NCBI GenBank assembly: GCA_045656285.1
Contig: JAZOQY010000036.1
Span: 1,027 to 65,026 of the forward strand
Length of the DNA: 64,000 bases
Source of the DNA: Kiritimatiellia bacterium
Lineage (GTDB): Bacteria; Verrucomicrobiota; Kiritimatiellia; RFP12; UBA1067
Reading direction: 5' to 3'
Shown here: piece after piece, positions 1 through 15,000 of the stretch
Position numbering within the stretch: the first letter of the stretch is position 1
Layout of the letters: each line of letters starts with the position of its first letter
Program-made: the position numbers and the translations under genes
The notes under the pieces: generated by a model
The model's database searches: none
Seen by the model: the letters and a program-made list of their open reading frames with translations, nothing else
What the model was told of the DNA's origin: nothing

Positions 1-3000
1 GGTTATGCCGATGCATTGACTAACTCTCTTCCGATTAGGTTGCAGTGGGTCGGCTCTAAGGGTACGAGCACGGTTAAGCTTTATCGTACGCGCGATTTAG
101 AGAAGAGCGCGTCGGCTGAGCCTCTTTATACGGCTCAGACTGAGGGTAACGCTATTACGTACTTCGATCCTGAAGTCGGTCGAAATTATACTTGGACTGT
201 TACCGACTCTACCGGTGCGACTGCGACGGGTCACTTTTATACAATGCAGCGCACTCCTCGCATTATTAATCACGACCAGAATCCTTATTCTCACGGCGGT
301 GAGGCGAGTGTCGGGCGCGATATCGGCGGTTGGCTTACTTCTGACGGTACTAAGCGCGTTCAGCAAGGCTTACTTTACCGTTCTGCTCAGTTGGAATTTT
401 GCAGTTCGCGAGATAATGAAGAAATATATTCTCCCCTTACGCATCTTCAGGATAATTTAAAGGTCCGTTTGGATGTCGATCTTCGTCAGGGTGTGGATCA
501 TTTGGTTAAAAATGGATTTGTGGCTACGAATGGTTGGGTCGGCGCATGGGACGGCTGGGGTTGCGAATGGAATGATCGCGGCTATTTGCTTATTGATGAA
601 TCCAGTATTGGACCGCTCGTAAGGCGTTATTGCGTTGACTATTATGCTCCCGGTCAGTTCCCGTCTTATAATGCGCTATTCAGCCAGGATAAGTATAAAG
701 CTTCTTTCTGGATGGGATTTTACGAACTTTATAAGTCAATTAAGAAAGGTGAGCCTGCCCTCTTCCATTGTTCCCATGGTAAGGATCGTACTGGTGCGCT
801 CGCGTATATTATCTTAGGCTCTCTCGGTGTTTCTGAAACTGATTGCCGCCGTGACTTCGGCTTTACCTGGTATTCTGACGCCAAGAGCGACGTGGCTATG
901 AATAAACCGGGCGATAGCGATGTAATGGGCTACCTCGGTCTTAACAGTATTAAATCTAAATTGGATGCTTACTCCGGTTCTAATTTTCAGGAGGATTGCG
1001 TAGCGTATCTTAAGGATTGCTGCGCTAAGGCTGTAGCCAGCGGGAAGTATAACGGTTCCAGCGATTCGACCGCCGTTATCGCCGACTTCCAGTCTATAAT
1101 GCTTGAAGATATCGAGACTAAGTCTGTAGCTGCTAAGGTTGCTAAGCCTACTGGCAATTCGTTCAGTTATACTGGCGGCGAACTCGTAGGTATTCCTGAT
1201 GATGAGCGCTACACTATTACGGGAGTTTCTAAGGCGACTGACATTGGCTCTTATACGGCTACACTCGCTTTAAAGTCGGGATATACTTGGGCTGACGGCA
1301 CTACCGCTAATGCGCAGATTTCGTGGTCGATTACTGATGTTGTCGCCAGCGCGGGAATTACTAAGAATGCGATTTCTGACGCGGGTTATTCGGTAACCGG
1401 TCTTGGTAAGGATGGCGATGAGGTTGCAGTAGTTATTACTAACTATTTTAATTCTTTTACATGGAAGGCTCCTAAGGATCTTAAGTACGTTAAATATCTC
1501 GTCGTCGGCGGCGGTGGCGGCGGTGGCGGTCGCGCGGCATACGCTATGAGCGAATATGAAGGCGGTGCCGGTGGTGGCGGCGGCGGTGTTGTCGCAGGTT
1601 CAATTTTTAGCCTTAAAGCCGGCGATAAAGTTACTATCAGCGTCGGCGCCGGCGGTGATGGTGGTAGTAAGTCCACGTCTTATTCGACAGGTACTACCGG
1701 CAAGGGCGCAGGTGCAGCCGGCTCTAACTCGTCCTTTAAGGTTAATGATGTTGATTTTGTAACTGCGTTCGGCGGCGGTAATGACGCGGGTCACGGTGTA
1801 GTCGCTCCTCAGGGCGGATCTAACGCCGGTAACCGCGGTAATGTTACAACTGCCCAATCTTACACTGCAGCTGGTTCAATCGGCTCGAGCGCTACTTCGC
1901 TTCTCTCGTACACGATGTACGGTAATAAGGGTGGCGCAGGTCTCGCTGGAGTATATTGCGTTGCTGCTGGCGGCGGTGGTGCTACTCAAGCAGGCAGCAG
2001 CGCTCTTAAGTTAAGCGACGGTGTTTATGCTGCCGGTAATGGCGGCTTAGGTCTTCTTTCTGATATTACCGGTACGCGCACGGTTTATGGCTCAGGCGGC
2101 GGCGCTGGCGCGGCATCTAAGACTGAAGTCGCTTATGCCGGTAAGGGTGGTGACGGTGCCGGTGACGGCGCGATCGAGGGTTGCGGCACGAACGCGCTCG
2201 CCAACCAGGGCGGCGGCGGCGGCGGTGGCGCTCTCAGCGACGACAGCGATAAGGATGCCAGCGGCGGTAGCGGTGGCTCCGGTATCGTCGTACTTCGTTA
2301 TTCAGTCAAGGCTCAGCCTGAGGCTGAAACTCCTGTTGTAGTTTCTGAGAATAAACTTATTATCACTTACGGTGACTCTGTAACGAGAGGCTCTAAGGCT
2401 AATGAAGTTACGATGGATGATCGTAAGACTTACTTCGGCGGTCGCCTGAAGGGTGTTGCGAATGTCCCCGAGAGCTATCCTTACTGGCTCTCCGGATTCC
2501 TCTCCGATAATTATAATGTCATTAACCAGTCTCGCGGCAGTACCCTCGCGAGCCACGTTTCGGCTTGGTTCGGCGTTCAGGAAGTTTTGGTTAATACGGC
2601 TATTACGCTCCCTAAGTCCGGTAGCGTAACTCTTAACAAGAAGCTCGTATTTAACAATTGCACCTACGGTAATTCGATGGATGCATTACCTGCTGATGCA
2701 GACCTTAAGGGCTTTATTACTCCTGTTTATCCGCTTTCTGAGAATTATACAGCCGGAACTACGAGCGATTCTATTGTCGGTACGTTAGGCGGCTATCGCG
2801 TAAGAATTCAGGGCGATGATGTTGCGAGCCTTAAGGTCACGGCGCTTGATACTCTCGCGGCGGATGTGACGATTCCTGCCGGTTCAGTATTTATTCCTGA
2901 GAGCGCGACTGTTGAAGAATATAAGAGCGCTATTAAGATCGTCTGTATGGGCGGTAACGACTGGATCGGGAATCGTAACGGCGATTACGGCGAGGATGAT

Positions 3001-6000
3001 CCTTATACGTATACTTATAAGAACCATATTCGTCCTCTGGCGATGAAGATTAAAGCAGAAGGCGGCAGATACCTCATCGTTTCTCCTCTCTTTAATCCTG
3101 ACGGCTCCAGCCCCAGCGGTGATGTCGAGTCCCCAGAGCCTACCGAGACCGAAAAGCTTTACGCGGCTGATTTCGGAGAGAATTATTTCAACTTGCGCCT
3201 CGCGTTCGTTCAGAATGCTGAGCGTATCGCCAAGGAGCTAGATATTAAGATTAATGGTGAATGGTATGATTTTGGCGGTTCGATTATCGCGAGTGACTCT
3301 GTTCACCTTACGTCCGCCGGTTATAAGATTAAGGCGGCTTTAATTCGCGATAAGCTCGTTTCGCTCGGGTATATTACAGAAGTTGTTAAACCTGTCTACA
3401 CGACAGAGTTCGCGTATGACGGATCCGTTAAGCAGTGCGTACCTTCGGGCTCTGGTTACGCGGTTTCGGGTGTAAACGAGGCTTCTGAAACTGGCGAATA
3501 TAAAGTTCTTATTACGCTCGAACCTGGTCGTGTTTGGAGCGACGGAACTACTGATCCTATTGATGTTACCTGGACTATCGCTCAGCTTTCGGCTGGTGGT
3601 GAATCTTTCGTTCTTAAGGTCGATTCGGCCGACGGTAAACTTGTGAGCAGCCTCGGCGAAGGTGAGAATGAATATGCGGCCATCTTTACTACGGCTAATA
3701 AAGAAATTACTTGGGAAGTTCCTACCGACCTCGTTAATGTTCAGTTCCTCGTCGTCGGTGGCGGCGGCGGTGGCGGCGCCATCAGTAGCACTCAAGGTGG
3801 TGCCGGCGGTGGTGGCGGCGGTGTCGTTACTGGTATCGTAAACTCGCTCTCAAGAGGTCAGAAGATTAAGCTTTTTGTCGGTAAGGGCGGTGCTGGCGGT
3901 ACGACTACGACCGAAACGACTGTTTCTAGTCGCGTTGGCGTCGACCCTGACGGCGATGGCACTGAGTACGGCGTAGGTGGTGCATATTCTGGTCAAGACA
4001 GCTATTTCGCTGTAGACTCGGTTGAGTATGCTCGCGCTTATGGCGGTGCTGGTGACCCAGGCGCTGGTCTTAACGCTAAGCTCGGAGGCTCTAACTCGGG
4101 CGGTAGAACAACGACTGCTCAAGGTACACCGAAGAAGGGTGCGATCGGTGCGGCGGCAGCTGAGAACATTCTTAATTACAAGATTTTTGGTAACAAAGGC
4201 GGTGTCATACTTTCTACAACTCCTAAGGCTGCTGCTGGCGGTGGCGGCGCTATGACGGTTGGCGAGAATGCGAAAAAGACGAGCAGTTATCAAATTGGTG
4301 GCGGCGGCGGTGAGGGCGTTGTATCGACGATTACCGGCTCTGAAATTGTGTACGGCTCTGGTGGCGCTGGCGGCTTAAGGGGTAATATCGTTGAGGGTAA
4401 TATGGCGGGTTACGGCGGCTCGGGCGGTACGGGCGCCGGCGACGGATCCGGCGAATCGGCTAAGGCCAACCAAGGTGGTGGCGGCGGCGGCGGTACTACT
4501 TACCCGAAGAGCGCGACCGAGGGCTCTAATGCATTGGATTGGAAGCCTGATGCGATTATCGGTGGTAACGGCGGCAGCGGCATTGTAGTTCTTCGCTTCT
4601 CGATTCCCGGTGCTGACGAGAAGCTGAAAGTTGATGAGGTTACAGCTCTTATTAAGAACTATGTCTATGATGGTACAGAACATACTTGCGGACTTTCGTC
4701 TACAGATGTAAGATATACAATCAGCGGTGTAACTAAGGCAACCGAGGTCGGGACTTATACTGTTACTGTAACTGTTAAAGATGGTTGGATATGGAATGAT
4801 AATAATCCAGAGCCTTCAAGATCGTTTACTTGGAAGATTACTCAGGCTACGAACGAGTGGGTAACTGAGCCTTCTATTTCGAAGACGGCTTGGGATGCGG
4901 GCGCTACTGTAACGTATTCTATCGGTGAAGCTAAGAGCGGAACGCCGGTAGTAGTAACGATTAAGAAGGATAGTGCAGCGTTCTCAGGTACGCTCGCGAC
5001 AATGAAGGATTGGCAGCCTGGTTTCTATAGCATTACCTTCTCGGTAGCTGCGACTTCGGGCTATACCGGGCTAACTAAAACCTTAACTGTAAATGTAACT
5101 GATCCTAATGAAGAGATCGGCGAGGTAACGATTGATAAAAAGTGGGGTTATATTACTAAGCCTGCTGATAACGAATATATTCTCGTATTTACTAACCATA
5201 CTGCTACTGCAATGCAGTGGACAGCTCCCGCAGCGTTGCAGAATGTCCAGTTCCTCGTCGTCGGCGGCGGTGGCGGCGGCGGTGCTGACGGCCGTAGTAC
5301 TGTTGCTGGCGCCGGTGGTACCGGCGGTGCTGGCGGCGGCGGCGGCGGTGTCGTTACAGGCCTTGTTAATTTCGCTAAGGGTAGTGTAATTAGCGTTGCT
5401 GTTGGTAAGGGCGGCTCTGGCGGTAAAAAGGGTGTTATAACTCGAAATATAACATTCGTTGGTAATGATGAAAAAACACATACTGCTTACGGTGATTCTG
5501 GTAAGGCTGGCGACTCTTCATTCTCTGTCGGTGGTAATGTATACGTAAAAGCGTATGCGGGCGGCGGCGATTTAGGAGCAAAAAATAATACTGATTCTAT
5601 TTCGAATTGTCCTGAAGACGGTGGCTCAGGCTCTGGTGCGCGTTGGAAATACCGGTATAAAGACAACACTACCCAGAGTAAGGCTACTAAAGGTTATGTT
5701 CTTGATGATACCTCGCTTATTCCGTATTATAAAGCATTTGGTAATCCTGGCGGTCTTAATACATATAATTATGTTGCCGGCGGTGGTGGCGGCGCTACAG
5801 CGAAAGGTGGAGATACATATTATAAGACAGTAACAACAACCCATTGCGGAAAGCAGGAAGAACGTTATGCTGGTGATGGTGGCGAGGGCTTGAAGTCTTC
5901 GATTACTGGAACGGCTGTAGTTTATGGTTCTGGCGGCGGCGGCGGCAGCGGTGTATCTAAGGCTAGAACTGATAAGACATCAATGGATATTTATTTAGGT

Positions 6001-9000
6001 AAAGGTCCTGGCGGTAAGGGTGGTACAGGTGCAGGTGACGGTAATGCTGCTGCTGAAGCTAATGGGTCAAGCGCTAAGGCTAACCAAGGCGGCGGCGGCG
6101 GTGGCGGCGGCTATATGGCCAATGGCGGCTCCGGTGGCTCCGGTATTGTGGTATTCCGCTTTACTGTAGATACCGGACAGACTGAAGAGCCTGAAGAAGA
6201 GCTTATCGCTGTAGCGAAGCCTGTTGTTAGCGAGACCTCGTTCACTTACGACGGTTCGGCTAAAAGCGTTGTAGCTTCTAACGCGGGCTATACGCTCGTA
6301 GGCAATGCTATGGCTACCGAGGCTGGTAACTATACTGTTACTATTAAGCTTAACGCTGGCTATGTCTGGAGCGATAACTCGACTGATGACATCGTAATTA
6401 ACTGGACGATCGTCGCGATCGAGGAGCCTTTCGAGCCTGGTGTTGTTGAGCTCGCTGGTACTTACGGCTATGTAGTTCCTAATGTTGGCGGAAACGCTAA
6501 TGAATACGCCGTTGTCTTTACAAACGAAAATGCTGGTGCGATAACTTGGCGCGTACCCGCAGACCTTGAGAATGTAGAATTCCTAGTTGTCGGCGGCGGC
6601 GGTGGTGGCGGCGGCGTAACGTCTGCAAACTTAGGCGGTGCTGGCGGTGGCGGCGGCGGTGTGATAACTGGCAAGATTTTCTCTGTTTCTCAAGGCGCAA
6701 CATTAACAATTAATGTCGGTAAGGGTGGTGCTGGCGGTAATACAGCGAAAGCAACTTCAGCTGGTGAATCTGGGTCAGCTTCAAGCATTGCTAATAACGG
6801 AGTTGTATATGTAAGCGCCCCTGGTGGCGGCGGTGATAGTGGAATGGATAATGAATCTGCCGATCGTGTTGGAAAACAAGGCGGATCTAATGCCGGTGCT
6901 CGTACGACATCAGTAGCAAGTCACACATTTAGTTCCTTTGTGACGAATTGTGCTTATGTAGTTGCCAAATCATATGGTAAGAAAGGTGGCTATACATATT
7001 CAACTGGCGCTGCCGCCTCAGGTGGTGGCGGTGGTGCGACAGCCGCTGGAGGAAATTCTACCTCGAATGCCGCTGGAGGTAAGGGTGGTGAAGGTTTAAC
7101 ATCTTCTATTACAGGTACAAGTGTAGTTTATGGTTCCGGCGGCGGTGGTGGAAATACTAAGGTTAGTGGTGATGCCTATGTCAACGGAGTTGGTGGTACT
7201 GGTGCCGGTGATGGTGGTAAGCACAGTGATGGACTTTATAATGCTAAATCTGGTCTCGCCAACCAAGGTGGTGGTGGCGGCGGCGGCGGTGGCCGTAATG
7301 TTGATGGCGGCGCACAATACCGTGGTAAGGGTGGTAATGGAGGCTCTGGTATCGTCGTACTTCGCTTCTCGATGCCCGTTGTTGTCGAGACGGTTAAGGT
7401 TGCTAAGCCTGTCGCTACACCGAGCTTTACATACGATGGCGCTGAGAAGGTAGCCCTCGCTTCTGGCGAAGGTTATGAGCTTAGCGGCACGACCCAAGCT
7501 GTTGATGCAGGTTCATATTCTGCTACAGCGACCTTAAAGAGCGGCTATGCTTGGAGCGACGATACGACCGAGGCGATTACATTTAACTGGACCATCGCTA
7601 AGGCTTCCAACTCTTGGAATACTAAGCCCGATATTACTAAGACATCCTGGTATACCGACGAAGACGCGGCGACTCTTACTCTCGGCGCGGCGAAGTTCGG
7701 TGAGGTTGTCACCTCTATGACTAAGGATGGCGAGGCGGTTACATTTAGTGAGACTCTCCCGACAGAGGCGGGTAATTATACGATTACCTTCGCAGTCGCA
7801 GATTCTAACAACTATGGCGCTCTTACTGAGACGATTGCATTTACTGTAATTGAGGCGAGCCCCGTTAAGGTTAATGGCAGCTACGGCTATGTTGTCCCTG
7901 GTCTCGGCGCTAATGGTAACGAATACGCCGTTGTCTTTACGAATGCTGCTTCTACTATTACTTGGACGGTGCCTAAGGATCTTAAGAATGTTCAGTTCCT
8001 CGTCGTCGGCGGCGGCGGTGGCGGTGGTGCTATCAATAATTCTTCCAATACGCGTACAACTGGCGCTGGTGGCGGCGGTGGCGGTATTGTAACTGGTGTT
8101 GTAGCTACGCTTGAAAAGGATGCTGCTATTACTATTAACGTTGGTAAGGGTGGTACTGCTGGTAAGTGTGCTGTTAATCAATATGGCGGTTATGGTGCTT
8201 CCGAGAATGGCGGAAACAGCTCCTTCGTTTATGCTGATAAGCTTACCGTAACTGCGTATGGCGGTGGTGGTGATGGTGGTGCGCAAGATACGTCTTCAAG
8301 TGTTAGTAAGGCTAACGCTGGTAAGGCTGGCGGTTCGAGCGGTGGCTCTCGTCCCGGTTGCGCTACAAAGACAGCTCCTCTTTCAACTGAAGACTGTGTC
8401 ATTTCTCAAATTGATGGCCTAGTTGTTTATTCGGAAGTATTTGGTAAGGCTGGTGGCGCGGGTAATACTGAGCCTATATATGATTTTTATTGGATTGCTG
8501 GTGGTGGCGGCGGTGCTACTGAGGTTGGCGGCGATGGTAATGCCGCAGGCGACTGGCACGGCGGTAAGGGGGGTGAAGGTTTAGCCTCAGAGATCACAGG
8601 TGAATTGAAAGTTTATGGCTCTGGCGGTGGCGGTGGCTCCTCGGTGAATAACGATGGTTGTGGTGGTGAAGCGGGTACTGGTGCTGGTGCTGGTAATTCT
8701 CTCCATGATGGTCCTGGTTATGATGCTCTCGCAAATCAGGGCGGTGGCGGCGGCGGAAGCGGCTCTACCGCCAACGGTAACGGCGGTAACGGAGGCTCAG
8801 GTATCGTCGTACTTCGCTTCTCGCTAGAGGAAGAGGGCGAAACGCCTGAAGTTCCTCCAACTCCCGCTTCTGATTGGAGTGAAATTCCTTCGCTCTCTAA
8901 GAAGATCTTCAATGCTGGTACGGTGATAACCGTATTCAACGGCGCGAGCGAAAATAGAACGGTTACGGCTAACTATACAGCCACTCAGATTGCCGCGCTC

Positions 9001-12000
9001 AATCCCGGTACCTATACGTTCCGCGCGACAGCGAGTGCCGCGGGTGTCGAGCCCTTAGTTTACGAAATCGACTTCTGGGTACTCCCCGCCGATTTCAGCG
9101 CCGCTAATACGATTGTCTGCTACGGCGACTCCATCACTTACGGTGACGGCGCGGCAGAAATTACGATTGATAATCGCAGTAACTACTTCGATGGTCGCTT
9201 AAGCGGTAAGACGATTAAGGCTAACTATCAGTATTATCTCGCCGGTATGATCGATACTAAGTACAATGTTATCGGTCAGGGTAAGTCTCAGCAGTGGAGC
9301 GATACGATTCTCGCTTGGCTGGGCGGCGTTGATACTGTTTCGCGCTTTGACGCTACGCTTCCTGCCGGCGGTGTTGGCGTTTGGACGCCTACCAATATTG
9401 TATTTACTGCTGATAATCCGTACGGTATTAATGGCGGCTTACAGTATGTACGCGACCTTCAGTATCCTCACTTGGTAAACGGTAAATACAATAACGATGG
9501 TCAGCTTAACTACTTCGCTGGTCTTCAGGCGCCTGAATATCCCGCGTTCGAAACATATCCTGAGCCGTCGGGCGTTTATGGTTCGATGACCGGTTGGTTC
9601 GGCGATAAGCGCGTTCGTATTCACGGCACTGAAGTTGGTCACCCTTACTTTAGCCGTAAGGATACTGGCGGCTATGGTACCGACCAGGTCTGGGAGCGCG
9701 TCAGCGTTGAAGGCTCCGAAACGGTAATTCCTGCAGGAACTCCGTTTAAGCCCGATACGGCGCTCGTTTATAATGACGCGATTTCGGTAATCTTCACTGG
9801 TACGAATGATGAAATGGGTCAACCTTATTGGCCGGCTAGCAACCCTAAGGATTATACAACCTACATTTCGATGATTTCCGGCACGGTAGCTAAGATTCCG
9901 TCTGGTCGTTATGTTGTTGTATCTACCGTTTCCGGTAGTCATCGTTCCGACGAAATCGAGTCAGCGTTTGCTAAGGAGTTTGGCGAGCATTATCTTAACC
10001 TCTATAAGTTGATGGAGTTTTACGGTCTTAAGACGGCGGTTAAGCTCGGCGCTATGACCCAGACTCAGGCTGACGCGACAACTTGGAATACTAAGACAAC
10101 CGGTCTCATGGGCGACTCCGTCCACCCGAACGAGAAGGGCTACCAGGTTATCGCATACTTCATTAAGCAAAAACTCATCGAGCTTAACTACATCGAGGGC
10201 AAGCGCGATACCGATATCAGCTTTAGCTATGTCGATAAACCTACGGTAGATGTAACGAGCTTTACTTATGATGGTACTGAGAAAGTAGTTATCGCTGAAG
10301 GTGAGAATTACACTCTAACTGGTACAGCTAAGGCGATTAACGCAGGCTCTTATACAGTGATTATTACTCCAAACGCTGGCTTCGGTTGGTCTGATGGTAC
10401 GATTGGTGCTGTTACGATTAATTGGACGATTGAGAAAACATCTGTTGAGCCAGGTCAGCCAGACGTTGGCGGTGGTGAAAATCCCGAAGTTGGTTCAAAT
10501 CTTACCATTGTAAGTCCGGCTGATTATTCGACTGTTTCGACGATGAGCGAAAAGTTAAAGTCGATTATCCAAAGTGCGGATATGCTTAAGACTTCTACAT
10601 TTACGACGGCCGGTACTGCTACTCGTAAGATGTACAGTAACGAGTATTGCACTAACTCGTTGCCTGTTAAGCTCGAGTGGACCGGTAATGCCGCGTCTTA
10701 CACGGTTAGCGTTTATCGTACGCGCGACCTTGAATCGGGCGATGCTAAGGCGCTTTATAGCGTAACTACGAGCGAAAACTCCATTCTTTATTGGGATCCT
10801 GAAGTTGGCCGTAATTATACGTGGACTGTAGATGACGGCTCTTCGGTAGCTGTTGGTCACTTCTATACAGAATCTGGTGTACCGCGCCTTATCTACGCCG
10901 ATAAGAACGGTCCCGATGGTCCTGGTATGGACTGCCTTAACGGCCGCGATCTTGGCGGTTGGGTTACGACCGACGGTAAGGTCGTTAAGCAGAGCATGAT
11001 TTACCGCTCGGCTGAACTTGAGACTTGCTCACCTACCAACTCCATCGGTATGCGCATTGAAATGCCTTATCTCGCTGATGTTCTTGGTATTAAACTTGAT
11101 ATAGATCTTCGTTCTACGAACGAGGTTCTAGACACATATTTGGATTATGCCCTTTATTATAGCGCATGGAAAGATCTTGAAGTATCCAACATTAGTCCTG
11201 ATATTCCCCGTTTTAGCGCTCACCTAAACGCTAAGACATCATTCCCTTCATACTCAAAAGCAATTGTTACCGCAACTGATGATGGCGAAGATGCAGAGAA
11301 AAAGCGTAAGGCTATCTGGAAGGTTTTTGAGCAGTTTACGATTGAAGAGAATTATCCTATTATTTTCCACTGCGCTCACGGTAAGGATCGTGCGGGTACG
11401 GTAGGCTATATTCTTTTAAGTGTATTAGGCGTTCCTGCCGATGATGCTAAGCGCGATTTCGGTCTTTCATGGCTTTATTACGTTAATGAGCCGATGATTG
11501 ACGGTTACGGCTATACGCCTATTGATGCGGCAGTATTGAATTTCCCATCATACGGTGGAGCTACATTAAAGGAGCAGTGCGAAAATTATCTCGTTGTCTG
11601 TGCGCGTGATGCCGGCGTTTCGGAATCTGTTGCACGTGAGAAGATCGCTAAGTTCAGATCTTTGATGCTTGAAGAGCCTGAAACAAAGATAAGCACTTCG
11701 TCCAATGAGACTGTTACATATACCTGGACCGGTAACGGCGGCGATAATAAGTGGAATAATCCCGCTAACTGGGTTTCGCCTGAAGATTCATACGGTTATC
11801 CTAACGCCGAGAATGCGGTAGTTTATTTCGATTCTGAAGTAATTGCTAATATCGATCTTGGAGGTAATATTTATAAAGCTAAACCCATTTTCGGTAATAT
11901 GTGCGATGTTGCTTTCGTAAATGGTACGCTTAATGTTATGGCCGAATCGTTTACTTTCGGAGCGGCAGATGCGACCATAACTTTGAATTCTAATGCTAAA

Positions 12001-15000
12001 ATCGTTGCTTCTGGCGCGTTGAAGATTCTTGGAACTTTAAATGTTGTCATTCCTGAAGGCGGGCGCGATTTGCCCATTAGCGCGGCGTCGCTCGCTGCTG
12101 ATACAGCAGCTAAGATTAATCTCGATTTAATCGATTTCTCAGCCGCGGGCGAGGTTACGATCGCGAGCTTTGGCGAGACTTTTGGTAGTGCTGCGGCTTT
12201 AGAATATACCTTTACGGTAGCCGGCAATACGGTAGCCGATCGCGGCGCAATTACAACGCCCGAATCTAAGGCGATAGTTTATTCCCAGGATAAGAAGACT
12301 GGCGTAATCTCGCTCCCCAATGCTGTTACGGGTCTTGTTTATTCTGGCTCTGAGCTTGTTGGTGTTCCCGCTGGCGAAGGTTATACGCTCGCTGGCGATT
12401 ATAAGGCTGTCAATGCCGGAACTTACACAGCTCAGGTCATCTTAAAAGATGGTTATACCTTCTCTAACCAAACTGATGGTACGGTAACCTGGACAATCGC
12501 TAAGGCGAATAACGAGTGGGTTCAGAATCCTGAGATTTCGCTTGATACCTGGAATATTGGTGAGGCGGGCGGAGTTCTTACGCTTGGCGTTACTAAGTTC
12601 GGTACGGTAACAGCGACCATTTCTAAGGATGGCGGCGAAGCTCAAGTCTTTAATGGTCAGCTCCCGACGACGAAGGGTAATTATGTAATTACTTACTTAG
12701 CTTCCAGCGAGGGAACAGATAATTATAATGCGATTTCTGTTGGCGAACTTACCAAGAGCATTGCATTTACGATAACCGCTAATCCGTCTGATTTAATGGC
12801 GTATGCGGGCTACGTTACCTACCCGGAGCCGATTTTCTATGTTAGTGGCGTCATGAAGCTTGGCGAAGGTACTACGACAGCTAGAATTAAGTATTCTATT
12901 AATTCTACGGTGTGTAATAATGTTAAAGAAGTCGTTGTTGATGAGAACGGATACTTTAGAGTTAATATTCCTTATCAGAATGCAGAGGATACTTTAACAT
13001 GGGAAGTTGAGGTAGTAAATTCTGTATCGTCTGATGTGCTTACTGTCGCTAAGTCGACCATCAAGCGCGCTGGCGATCCATCTCGTGTTACATATAAGTG
13101 GAGAGGTAAGGGTGCTAATAATAAATGGCGCAGCCTCGCTAACTGGGAAGGTTTCTCGGGAACGGTAGGTAATAATAATCCTTGCTGCTGGGGCTACCCT
13201 GGTGGTATTACTACACATATACATTTTGACCAATCTACAGCACCTGAAGGTATTGATCTCGAGGGGCAAACATGGAAATCTATCGATAATGGATTCTTCG
13301 TTTTTGAAGAAAATGTATTCGTTAAGATGAAAAACGGTACGCTCTTAATTGATGGAGGTCTTACAACATTTGAAAATGACACGGTCGGCTTAATCGGTGC
13401 GAATAATTCCACTCTTGTATTAAATAAAGTTGTTCTGAAATATGCGGTTGATAATAATGTTACTAAATATCTTATTCCGGCAGAAGGCTTTACGCTTGTA
13501 TATGAAGGTGATAATACAGTTGATTGGTGTTATTGCCCACAAAATGCTAATTCTAAGTTTGTTGTTCGCGATGGAACGCTCTCGGGCAATAGTTTTAGTA
13601 CGAAGGCGATTGCTGGCACTCACGTTGTTGAAATTTCTAATGGCGTTTGGAGTGTTTCGCAGAATGTTTCTAACGATAAGGGTATTGGCGCTAAGGTAAT
13701 CTTTCGCGACGGTACTGATCGTGAAGCTCAATTTAAGACATCAGGTTCTCTTAAGATGTACGGTACGTACGATATTAAGATTCCTGCTGACGGCAGAACT
13801 AATCCTGCTGTTGAGGCGAAGACTCTTACAAGTTGCGGTAGTTCTAAGATTGTTCTCGATGTAACTGATTATAAGAGCTCGGCCAAGGTTCCTCTCGTTA
13901 AGTTTACGAGCACAACTGCTCAAACAGCTCCAACATCGACTCTTGAAGCTTATGCCGATGGCGTAAATGTAACTTCGGAGCGCGGGGCCAAGTTAACATT
14001 TGAAGGTAATATTCTTTATTACTCTCAGAACGAAGTTAAAGATCCTGTAGTTCTTGAGAAAATTGAAAAGCCTGAATACGCTACGACATCATTTATTTAT
14101 GATGGAGCTGAGAAGGTTGTTGTTATAGAAGGTGAGAATTATACGATTATCGGTACGGCTAAGGCGACGAATGCCGGTTCTTATACAGCGACCATTACAC
14201 CTAACGAAGGCTTCTCTTGGGCTGACGGTACAACTGACGCGATTACCGTTAATTGGACAATCGCTAAGGCGACTAACGTTTGGACGACTGAACCTTCGAT
14301 TACTCTAACTGAGTGGACGGTAGGTGAAACGGCTGGCGTTTTGACGGCGGGTGTAGCTAAGTTCGGCGATGTTGCAGTTACGATTAACGGCGAAGAGTTT
14401 ACTCAAATGCCTACAGCCGCCGGCACATATACAATTACGTATACTGTAGCTGACACTGCGAATTATAGCGCTCTTGCTAAGACAATTACATTTAATATTA
14501 AAGCTCCTGTAGTTGAACCAGATCCCGATGAGCCTGGACCTGGTGAAGGTGAAGATGAGCCTGTAGAGCCTAAGCTCGAGATTGATCCTGCGGTAGGTTA
14601 TATCGTTACTGATCTTGGCGAACTTAAAGATCAGGTAGCGGTAGTCTTTACGAATGCTGATAATTACGCATGGACGATGCCTAAGAGCGCGAAGAATGTT
14701 CAATTCCTCGTTGTTGGCGGCGGTGGCGGTGGCGGCGGTGCCGTTAATGGTGGGTCGAACGACAAGCAGCAAGGAGGCGCCGGTGGTGGCGGCGGTGCTG
14801 TCGTAACAGGCTTTGTAAAATTACTCAATATCTCTGATATTCTTACTATTACAGTTGGCGAGGGCGGTGATAATGGTACTGGTGGATCTGGCACAACAAC
14901 AGGTACTGGTAGTGCTATTTCTGGAGGATTAAGTTCGTTCTCAGTTGGCGCAGTTTCTTACATCACTGCATATGGTGGTGGTGGCGGCGGCGGTTATAAT

